DNA of 64,000 nt, from NCBI RefSeq assembly GCF_028369095.1, contig NZ_JAQNDN010000024.1:565253-629252 (forward strand), in the 5' to 3' direction. The notes beneath the pieces were generated by a model. The model was not told the DNA's origin. It saw only the letters and a program-made list of their open reading frames with translations, and did not search any database. Position numbers and translations under genes: made by a program. This document shows positions 19,202 to 27,700 of the stretch, in pieces (the first letter of the stretch is position 1; each line of letters opens with the position of its first letter). The DNA comes from Nannocystis radixulma. GTDB taxonomy: Bacteria > Myxococcota_A > Polyangia > Nannocystales > Nannocystaceae.

Positions 19202-19860
19202 GGCCCGGCATCTGGGCGGCGATGGTCGCCGCCATCCTCGCGTGTGCGCCCACGGTCCCGACCACCCATCTCTATCGGGTGCAGTTGCCGACCACGTCCG
19301 GCGTCGAGCCGTCGCCGTGCGAACCGGAGATGCGCGGGAGTCTGCTGGTGCGAGACATGCGGGTGGCCGGGGCGTACGACGATGCTCGTATGATGTATCG
19401 CGAGTCCGAGTATCAGCTCCAACGCTACGAGTATCATGAGTGGGTCGTTTCCCCCGGGGGGTTGGTGAGCGACGCGCTCCGCGACGGCTATGCGGCCAGC
19501 GGCTGGTTCGCGCGGGTGGAACGGGAGTACGACGCTTCGATCGACGCCGAGCTGCACGGTCGCGTGCTGGCCATCGAGGAGGTCGACCTCACCGAGACGC
19601 AGTGGATCGCCCACCTGCGACTCGAGCTCGAGCTGCTCGACGCGCGGACCAGCGAGCGGCTGTGGTCCCACGAATACGACCTGACGCGGCCGCTGGAGAA
19701 ACGCGGCCCCGTGGGCCTGGCTGCGGCGATCAGCGCGGTGCTGGGCGAGGTGATCGACGCCAGCGCTCCGGCGCTGGCGGCGGCGATCCCGGGGCCCTGC
19801 TCGCACCGGCGCTCGCAGGCGCACGGATCGACGGGAGAGGGCGGCCGACCTCCGAGGTAG
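19198..19860 (+). CDS. ABC-transport auxiliary lipoprotein (PqiC/YmbA-like)
   Basis: ATGA overlap with the mlaD stop. Lipobox ILAC-AP. Size and position are typical for the auxiliary lipoprotein of MCE operons. Confidence 0.6.
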   Translation: MRPGIWAAMVAAILACAPTVPTTHLYRVQLPTTSGVEPSPCEPEMRGSLLVRDMRVAGAYDDARMMYRESEYQLQRYEYHEWVVSPGGLVSDALRDGYAASGWFARVEREYDASIDAELHGRVLAIEEVDLTETQWIAHLRLELELLDARTSERLWSHEYDLTRPLEKRGPVGLAAAISAVLGEVIDASAPALAAAIPGPCSHRRSQAHGSTGEGGRPPR

Positions 19861-20023
19861 ATCCGGAGCGTAGGCCGAGTCGCAATGTGGGGTGGCGATA
19901 CACGTATTTCGCCGAATGTGGGCGGCGGCGGCGGCGCCACGCGTGAAATCGCGTGATGATGAATGATTCATGATGTCTATATAACGATTGACACGAAGCC
20001 GGAACTGCCCGCACCTTGGGGTC

Positions 20024-20797
20024 ATGGATCGTGCCCATGGATGTCCATTGTCGCTCCATTCATTGGTCCTCGCCCTGGTCCTGGTCGGGTGCGGCGACGC
20101 CGACGGCGACGCTCACGCCGGCCCGTGCGCTACCACCATCGCCACCAGCGCGCCGATGGCGTCCAGCTCGGCCGGGGCCGGCGGTGAGTCGGACGACTCG
20201 GGAGGGTCCGCCGATTCGACCACCGAGGCAGCCAGCACCGCTTCGCCGGGGACGACGAGCACCGGCGACGAGTCCTCCGGCGACGCGGACGACACCGAGG
20301 GCGCGGGCGAATCCGGGGCCTCCGAGTCAGGCGAGACCGGCGCTTCGGGTGAGACGACCGACGCGAGCAGCACCGGTGATTCCTGGCCCGGAACGACCGG
20401 CGCGCCGGGCGAGACGGCCGAAGCGAGCAGCACCGGCGGGACCGAGGGCACCGGCGACACGACGGGCGACGGCCAGGCAGGCCCGAGCTTCGCGGCCGAT
20501 GTCTGGCCGCTGCTCGCCGACAATTGCGGCTGCCATCAGGACAACAACGGCGCCGGCAAGCTGCACCTGACGAGCAAGGACGCCTACGACAACCTCGTCG
20601 GCGTGGCCTCCGACCAACTCCCGTCGATGCAGCTCGTCGAGCCGGGCGACGCCAGCAACAGCTATCTGTGGCACAAGATGGACAACACCCACAAATCGGT
20701 CGGCGGCGAGGGCAAGAAGATGCCGCCCGGCGGTCTCCTGGGCCAGTCCGAGCGCGAGATCGTGCAACAGTGGATCGACCAGGGCGCGCAGCCCTGA
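20024..20797 (+). CDS. lipoprotein with acidic low-complexity linker and C-terminal PSCyt1-like domain (atypical CxCH)
   Basis: Lipobox LVGC-GD. About 140 aa of S/G/E/T/D-rich linker. C-terminus VWPLLADNCGCHQDNNGAGKLHLTS...KKMPPGG...EREIVQQWIDQGA resembles the planctomycete cytochrome-c-like (PSCyt1) pattern, but with C-G-C-H rather than CxxCH. Confidence 0.6.
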   Translation: MDRAHGCPLSLHSLVLALVLVGCGDADGDAHAGPCATTIATSAPMASSSAGAGGESDDSGGSADSTTEAASTASPGTTSTGDESSGDADDTEGAGESGASESGETGASGETTDASSTGDSWPGTTGAPGETAEASSTGGTEGTGDTTGDGQAGPSFAADVWPLLADNCGCHQDNNGAGKLHLTSKDAYDNLVGVASDQLPSMQLVEPGDASNSYLWHKMDNTHKSVGGEGKKMPPGGLLGQSEREIVQQWIDQGAQP

Positions 20798-20915
20798 GGC
20801 CACGCCGGGCGCGGACGACTCGAGGGCGGCGCCGTCGAGCTCGATACAATGGCCTTTATTGGGGCGCCTGCGCTGCGTGCAATCGTGAACTCTGGCAGCC
20901 GTGAAGAGCAAGATA

Positions 20916-20937
20916 CAGCCGGCCGGCTGCCGGCCGT
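20916..20937. terminator. GC-rich palindrome CAGCCGGCCGGCTGCCGGCCG (hairpin, no U tract)
   Basis: Seen directly, downstream of the 20024..20797 gene. Confidence 0.25.
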
Positions 20938-21069
20938 GTACGACCGCTTCGGGCCGTGCGCTCGCGCCGGAGCGGTCACGGGTCGCGGGCCGTCATGAAC
21001 ATGGCCCGAGCACGAGCCAGCGTCCCACGGCGCGCTGGCGGCGCTCCGCGCCTCGCGTACGCTCGAGTC

Positions 21070-21483
21070 ATGCCTGTTCGCCTCGTCGCCCCCGTGCTCC
21101 TCGTGCTCCTCGGCTGCAGCGAACACGACCGACGTTGTGCGCACGCACGGGATGTCATGCTGACGCTATGGGAGCCCTCGCTGAAGGATGCGCTGCCCGG
21201 GCAGGATGAGGCCGCGCTGCGCCGGATGCTCGCACGCGCCGGCGATCGTTTCATGGCCCAGTGCCGCTCACTGCCGCCCGAGAGCCAGGCCTGCATCGAC
21301 CGCATCGACGAGCTGGGTACCATCGAACACGAGCGCCGCGCGGCCGTCGAGCGCTGCCCGAGACAGACAGACGGCCGGACCGAACCGGTATGCGTCCAGG
21401 CTGCGCGCGACTGGGCGGACCAGCGAACCGCCGACTGCCAGCTCGCGCTCGGGGCGATGTTCACGACAGTCCTCGAGCCGTGA
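21070..21483 (+). CDS. small lipoprotein (137 aa), unknown function
   Basis: ATG 21070. Signal and lipobox VLLVLLGC-SEHD. Six cysteines in the mature part. Confidence 0.5.
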   Translation: MPVRLVAPVLLVLLGCSEHDRRCAHARDVMLTLWEPSLKDALPGQDEAALRRMLARAGDRFMAQCRSLPPESQACIDRIDELGTIEHERRAAVERCPRQTDGRTEPVCVQAARDWADQRTADCQLALGAMFTTVLEP

Positions 21484-21680
21484 CTGACGAAACGCGGCTG
21501 GCGAATCGAACCGATGCTCGAGCTCGGCCGGCTCGCACGACGGCCTGATGCGCGTCAATTCAGCGTGGACGGGCTTGCTTGCTCGTCGAGCATCGCGCGG
21601 AATAATTGCCGCGCTTGCAGGGCCGGCGCTGTCGTCGCGGCGAGGTCGTCCGGGCGGTGTGTCGACAGGAGGGAGACCCC

Positions 21681-22388
21681 ATGCGATCGAGCAGGTTCGA
21701 CACAGGTCGGCGAGACGTGCTCCGGGGCGGTGCCGGCCTCGGGCTGGGGCTGTTGGCCGGGTGCACGAGGGAGCGGGACATGCAGACCGACGAGGACGAC
21801 GAACACGAGGAGGAGGTGACGCCGACCGAGGATCTCATGCGCGAGCACGGCGTGCTCGAGCGCTTGCTGTTGGTCTACGAGGCGGCGCTGGCGCGATTCG
21901 CGGCGCGCGACGCGGCCCCGCTCGCCACCCTCGTACCGGCGACGGACTTGATGCGCCGGTTCGTCGAGGACTACCACGAGAAGCTCGAGGAGCAGTTCCT
22001 GTTCCCGCGCCTCGAGGAGGCGGGCGAACATAGCGATCTGGTGGCGACGTTGCGCCGGCAGCACCAGCGCGGACGGGAGCTGACCGACACGATCCATAAG
22101 GCGAGCGCGGGCCCGTCCCTGGACGCGCTGGCAGCGGAAGGCCCGCTCCAGGTCGCGTTGCGTGGCTATATCCGCATGATGCGACCGCACGCGGCCCGCG
22201 AGGACACCGTCGTCTTTCCGGCCTTTCGCGCGCTCGTCCGCGGGCCGGCGTTCGTCGAGCTCGGCGAACAATTCGAGGAGAAGGAGCACGCGCTGTTCGG
22301 CGAGGGCGGCTTTCAGACGCTCGTCGCCGAGGTCGGCGAGCTGGAGAAGGCGCTCGAGATCCACGACCTCGAGCGGTTCACGCCGTGA
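21681..22388 (+). CDS. hemerythrin-like (HHE cation-binding) protein with Tat signal and lipobox
   Basis: RBS GGAGGGAG before ATG 21681. Twin-arginine motif SRFDTGRRDVLRGGAGLGLGLLAGC. Repeated H/E-rich helices (DLMREHGVLERLL...HEKLEEQFLFPRLEE...HQRGREL). Confidence 0.7.
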   Translation: MRSSRFDTGRRDVLRGGAGLGLGLLAGCTRERDMQTDEDDEHEEEVTPTEDLMREHGVLERLLLVYEAALARFAARDAAPLATLVPATDLMRRFVEDYHEKLEEQFLFPRLEEAGEHSDLVATLRRQHQRGRELTDTIHKASAGPSLDALAAEGPLQVALRGYIRMMRPHAAREDTVVFPAFRALVRGPAFVELGEQFEEKEHALFGEGGFQTLVAEVGELEKALEIHDLERFTP

Positions 22389-22434
22389 GCTTCGAGCTCA
22401 TCGTCGCCGGCGTGGCCGTCCTCGCCGGCGGTCA

Positions 22435-22554
22435 TCACGCCGGGTCGGTCGCGTCGCGGAACTCCTCGAAGGTCAACTCGTCGTCCGTGGCCTCGTCCGC
22501 CGGCTCGCACGCGGGCACCATGGCGGCGATGAGGCCGATCTTCACCAACTGCAT
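22435..22554 (-). CDS. possible very small lipoprotein (39 aa)
   Basis: MQLVKIGLIAAMVPAC-EPADEATDDELTFEEFRDATDPA. Preceded by an AT-richer stretch 22555-22600. Weak call. Confidence 0.25.
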   Translation of the reverse strand: MQLVKIGLIAAMVPACEPADEATDDELTFEEFRDATDPA

Positions 22555-22712
22555 CGAATGAATCCAACGATTAAGCATCGACATTGAACAACTGCCGGCT
22601 GTCGCGCGACGCTCGCGCTCGCAGCCGCGTCGACGCCAAGCGCGGAGGCAGCGGCCCGTCAAGGTGGCGAGGGATCTACTCCGCGATCCGAGGAGCGGTT
22701 ACCATCTCCGCG

Positions 22713-23276
22713 ATGCGCGCGTGGACCGACCTGGAGCCGTTGCGACACGGGGATCCGCGGCAGCGACGGGCAGTGGCGGTGCTGGAGGATCTGGCGATCT
22801 TCGAGCGCCTGGCGGCGTTTCATCCCGCGCTCGCGGGCACGTTGCCGCTGCCGATCCACACCGAGGCGAGCGACCTCGACGTGCTGTGCGAGGTGCACGA
22901 TCCCGACGCGTTCGTGCGCGCGTGCGAGGTGTACGCGGCGCTGCCCGGGTTCACGCTGCAGCACGTGGCGGTGCGCGGTGTGCCCTCGACGGTCGTGAAC
23001 TTCTGCGCGGGCGAGTTCGCGGTCGAGCTGTTCGGGCAGCCGCAGCCGGTGGCGGCGCAGCACGGGTGGCGCCACTTGCAGGTCGAGGCGCGCGTGCTGG
23101 CGCTGGCGGGCGTGCCGGCGATCGCCGCGATCACGCAGTACAAGCGCGAGGGCCTGAAGACCGAGCCGGCGTTCGCGCGCTGGCTCGGGCTGCAGGGCGA
23201 CGATCCGTACCTCGCCGTGCTCGCGCTCGCGGATGCGAGCGACGAGGAGCTGCGCGCGCTAATGGCTCGCCGCTGA
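22713..23276 (+). CDS. nucleotidyltransferase-fold-like hypothetical protein (DUF4269-like)
   Basis: ATG 22713. Motif PIHTEASDLDVLCEV resembles the [GS]x9-DxD minimal NTase motif. The family assignment is tentative. Confidence 0.45.
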   Translation: MRAWTDLEPLRHGDPRQRRAVAVLEDLAIFERLAAFHPALAGTLPLPIHTEASDLDVLCEVHDPDAFVRACEVYAALPGFTLQHVAVRGVPSTVVNFCAGEFAVELFGQPQPVAAQHGWRHLQVEARVLALAGVPAIAAITQYKREGLKTEPAFARWLGLQGDDPYLAVLALADASDEELRALMARR

Positions 23277-24641
23277 CTTCTCGAACACGACGGCGCCCTC
23301 TTTCACCACCGCGACCACGTTGTGGATGTGATCGATCTGCGACAGGTCGCCGTCGAGCACCACGAAGTCGGCGAGGTAGGCCGGCCGGATCGCGCCGAGG
23401 CGGTCGTCGATGCGCAGCAGCTTGGCGGCGTTGGTGGTGGCGGTGGCGAGCGCCTCCATGGGGGTCATGCCGACGTCGCGGACGAACACGTCGAGCTCGC
23501 GCGTGCTCTGGTCGAAGGCGGTGTAGACGGCGTCGGAGCCCATGACGATCGAGACGCCGGCGGCGTGGGCGGCGCGGGCGGTGGCGACGTTGTCGGCGAT
23601 GAAGGCGTCGAAGGCGGCGCGCTTGTCGGGGCTGAAGCCGAATCGATCGATGTTGTCGCGGTAGTAGTGATTGTGATGGATGGTCGGCACGTAGGCGACG
23701 CCGCGCTCGCGCATCGCCGCGAGTGTCTCGGGGGACAGGTGGCGAGGGTGCTCGACGCTGTCGGCGCCGGCGCGGACGATGTCGTCGGTGACGACGCCGA
23801 GGGTGTCGTGGACGGCGACGGGGATCCCGCGCGCGTGGGCGACGTCGACGGCGGCCTTGATCTCCTCGTACGAGTAGGTGCGCTCGCCGGTGAGGTCGTC
23901 GTCGCTGCCGGTCGACGCCCACAGCTTGACGACGTGCACGCCGGCGTCGATCTCGCGGCGCACGGTGGCGGCGATCTGCTCGGGGCCGTCGGCCTGGCCG
24001 GGCCGGTTCGACTCCTTGGGCGCGAGCCGGGACGACCACACGCCGTCGCCGGCGCCGAAGATCCGCGGGCCGACGAGCTCGCCGGCCTCGATCTTCCGCC
24101 CGGTCTCGAGGTCGAGCATGTTGTCGGAGCCGAGGTCGCGGATGGTGGTGACGCCGAGCGACAGCAGCGTGCGGGCGTTGGCGGCCACCAGCGGCTGCAG
24201 CTGCGCCTTCGACTGGGCGATCTGGAACGGGTCGTGCGGGGCCCGCTCGCCCCACGCGGGGTCCCAGCAGAAGGTGATGTGCGTGTGGGCGTCGATGAGC
24301 CCGGGGATCGCGGTGTAGCGGGTGTAGTCGACGATCTCGGCCCCGGCGGGCAGGGCCTCGCCGGCCGCGAGGACGCCGTGGAAGCGCTTGCCGTCGACGA
24401 CCACGGCGCCGCCCTCGACGACCTGGTGCGGGGCGGTGACGACGCGGGCGAACCGGTAGACGGTGAGGCTGGACGCGGGGCTGTCCGGAGGGACAGGTTT
24501 GTCGGCGGGCGGGTCGTCGGGGCGACAGGCGAGGCCGAGCAGCGTGGCGAGGCCGAGGACGACGGAAGCGCGGGCCCGTCCGCGCGGGTGGGGGCAGTCG
24601 CCGACGATGTCCGAACGTCGCAAGCGACCGCGCGAGACCAT
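23259..24641 (-). CDS. amidohydrolase-family metallo-dependent hydrolase, lipoprotein
   Basis: Lipobox LLGLAC-RPDD. Amidohydrolase His signature GLIDAHTHI, with downstream His and Asp metal ligands (VAVHDT..., MGSDA). Confidence 0.8.
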   Translation of the reverse strand: MVSRGRLRRSDIVGDCPHPRGRARASVVLGLATLLGLACRPDDPPADKPVPPDSPASSLTVYRFARVVTAPHQVVEGGAVVVDGKRFHGVLAAGEALPAGAEIVDYTRYTAIPGLIDAHTHITFCWDPAWGERAPHDPFQIAQSKAQLQPLVAANARTLLSLGVTTIRDLGSDNMLDLETGRKIEAGELVGPRIFGAGDGVWSSRLAPKESNRPGQADGPEQIAATVRREIDAGVHVVKLWASTGSDDDLTGERTYSYEEIKAAVDVAHARGIPVAVHDTLGVVTDDIVRAGADSVEHPRHLSPETLAAMRERGVAYVPTIHHNHYYRDNIDRFGFSPDKRAAFDAFIADNVATARAAHAAGVSIVMGSDAVYTAFDQSTRELDVFVRDVGMTPMEALATATTNAAKLLRIDDRLGAIRPAYLADFVVLDGDLSQIDHIHNVVAVVKEGAVVFEKSAASH

Positions 24642-24754
24642 GCCAGGGCGAGGATGCCGGAGGCGGTGCAGCTTGTCGAGGCGACGTCGCCGCGGCGCGG
24701 CCGCACCTGCGCTGCGGGTCGGGGGTCACAGGTGGCAGGGCGTGGGCCGGGGCA

Positions 24755-27700
24755 TCACTCGCGCGGCGCCGGGAGACGCAGCACGAAGGTCGAGCCGCGG
24801 CCGGGGAAGCTGGCAACGTCGATGTCGCCGCCGAGGAGGCGGGCGAATCGATGGGCGAGTGCGAGGCTCACGCCGCTGCCCTCGTGGGCCCGCGTGGGCG
24901 CGTCGTCGAGCGGCTGGAAGGCGACGAACAGGCGCGGCAGGTCGTCGGCCGCGATGCCGACCCCGGTGTCGGCGACGCGCAGCTCGAGCCACGGCGCGTC
25001 GCCCCGGATCACGGCGGCGAGGCGGACGGCGACGCGGCCGCGCGAGGTGAAGTGCACCGCGTTGTCGACGAGGGTCTGCACGCAGTGGGCGAACATGCCG
25101 GGATCGGTCAGGCAGACGCCGAGCGTCGGGTCGAGGTCGAGGTCGAGCGCGTCGCCGCGCGCGTGCGCCTCGGCCTCGCAGGCGGCCACCGCCTCGCGCA
25201 CGATCGCGGCCGGATCGACGGCGACGCGCGCGGGCTTCACCACGTCGTCGGCCTCGAGCCGCGACAGCTCGAGGATGTTGGTGAGCGTGCGGACCAGGCG
25301 GACGGCGGCGCGGCGGATCCGGTCGGTGTCGGCGTCGATCGCCGCGAGGTCGCCCTCGGCCGCCGACTCGCGGATCAGCTCGGCGTAGCCGATCACGGCG
25401 TTGAGCGGGGTGCGCAGCTCGTGGCTCATGTTGAGCAAGAAGCGGGTCTTGAGCCGGTCGGTGCGCACGGCCGCGTCGCGGGCGCGGGCCAGATCCTCGT
25501 AGAGGCGGGCGTTGTCGATCGAGGTGGCGATCTGGGCGGCGAGGTGGCGCAGCAGCACGAGACGGCCGCTGCCGAAGGTGTGCGGGGCGAGGTCGTTGTC
25601 GAGGTAGAGGACGCCGACGAGCCCGCCGTGGCCGAGGATCGGCGCGCACAGGACCGAGCGCACGCCGGCCAGCGCGGGGTCGCCGGCGAAGTCGTGGTCG
25701 ACGGCGGCGTCGGCGAGGACGACGTCGCGGCGGGTGCGAGCGACGAAGTGGACCAGCGACTGCGGAAGACCTGGCTCTTCGGACATGGCCCGAGATTGCA
25801 AGACGTCGAGCCGGTCGGCGGCGACGTCGGCGGCGGCGGCGATCTGCAGGCCGCCGTCGCCGGCCAGCAGGACGAAGCAGCGGCGGGCGCCGGCGACCTC
25901 GACGACGGTGCGCACGAGGGCGCGCAGCAGCCGCGGGAGCACGAGCTCGCCGGTGATCGCCCGGGTGCTGCGCAGGAGGGCGGCGACGTCGACCGCCTCG
26001 GCGCCGGAGCTGGGCGGACCGGGCGGCGGCGGGGCCACGGGGGCGGGGGCGGCGAGGCCGGGGAACTCGGTCCGCAGGCGGGCGGCGAGGGTGCGGGCGC
26101 CCCAGCGGTCGTAGCCGTCCGCGGCTGCCCCAATGTACATGGTCGCAAGGACATGTAAATCGCGGGTCAGGGCGTGCCGGCCGGCCCGCTCGAGCGCGAG
26201 GGCCTCGATGCGCAGGTGACCGGCGCGGCGGGCCGACTCGACGGCGCGCGGGTAGAGCAGGGCGGCCTGGTCGTGGTCGCCGCGGCAGCGGGCCAGCTCG
26301 GCCTCGGCGAGCAGCAGGCGACCCTCGATGTTTTCCTTGCACAGCTCGGCCCAGCGGCGCAGGTGCCCGAGCCAGGCGAGGGCGCGTCGCTGGGCCTTGG
26401 GGCGCAGCGGCTCGCCGGGACCGGTGAGGGCGAGCAGCCCGAGGGTGATCTGGTCGACGAGCAGGAGGGTGCCCTCGGCGCGAGCCCAGCGCATCCGCTT
26501 CGACAGCGCGCGGGCCTGGTCGTAGGCGCCGTGGTGGTAGAGGAGGGCCAGCTTGACGAGGTGGTAGGCCGAGGAGAGGGCGCGGCTGTGCGGGCCGAGC
26601 TCGTCGACGAGGCTGTCCTCGTCCCAGCCGGGGCTCGAGAGCGAGGTCGGGCCGTCGGTCTCGCCGCGCAGGGCCATGCAGGTGCGCACGAACATGAGGT
26701 GCCAGCTGCGCTGATCGAGGCCGGGCAGGCGCGCGCCGATCGAGCCCATGGCGCGGGCGCTGGCCTGCAGCTGATCGAGGTCGCCGAGGCCGAGCCAGCG
26801 GCCGTACATCGCGCCGGCGGCGATGTAGAGCGCCATCGACGGGTCGCCGATCTGGATCGCGCGATCGATCTCCCGCTCGAGCCGCGGGGCCACGGCGGCC
26901 AGCGGCTCGAGCCAGGCGTCGACGTAGACGCCGCAGTAGTTGGCCAGCTGCGGGCGGATCCGCGGGTCGCCGAAGCGATCGGCGAGGGCGTAGGCGGCGT
27001 CCTGCAGGGCCCGGCCGCCGGCGGGGTCGTTGAACATGTGGACGTGGATGAAGGCGTAGAGGGCGACGGCGATCGCCGACTCGCCGATCACGCCGTGGCG
27101 CAGCGCGAGGACCATCGCGCGCAGGCCGTACACCAGGGCGAGGTCGGGCTGGTGGTAGTAGGCCGAGACGCACATCGTGCACAGGAGCCGCAGGGAGCGG
27201 CGGATCCGGACGTCTTGGGCCTCGGGCAGATCGGCGAGGTCGCGCAGCGGGGCGCGGCCGCGGAGCCAGCGGACGGTCGCCAGCTCGCGCAGGAGGCTCA
27301 GGCGCGAGGCGCTGGCGGGCACGTCCACGCCGAGCAGGGCGAGGCCGGCGCGGCCGGCCGCGAGCGCGGCCTGGACGTTGGCGCGGTCGGTCTCGAGCCC
27401 GACCTTGAGGTCGTGGACGGCGGCGCGGTCGACGTCGTCGCGGGCGCGGGCCAGCAGCGGGGCGAAGCGGGCCTCGGCGGCGTCGGGGTCGCCGGCGAAG
27501 TGCTCGCACTCCATGCAGTCGCGGTGCAGCGCGAAGGCCAGCGGGTAGTGGGTCGACCAGGCGTCGTCGGGCAGGGCGTCGATGCCCTGGCGCAGCAGCT
27601 GCACCGCGGAGGCGAAGGCGGCGGCGCCCCTGGCCTTGCGGCCGGCCGCGAGGTCGAGCTCGGCCAGGCGCAGGCGCTCGTCGGGGTCGGCGAGGCCGGC

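Noticed and set aside
19963-20023. Peptide MIHDVYITIDTKPELPAPWGHG (ORF 19963..20187) in the AT-rich leader of the 20024 lipoprotein gene
   Set aside because: It overlaps the better-supported lipoprotein start at 20024 out of frame, and lies in a probable promoter region (a TTGACA-like hexamer at 19990).
21548-21580. sigma-54 promoter TGGACGGGCTTGCTTGC upstream of the hemerythrin gene
   Set aside because: The GG/GC spacing does not fit the -24/-12 consensus (TGGCAC-N5-TTGC).
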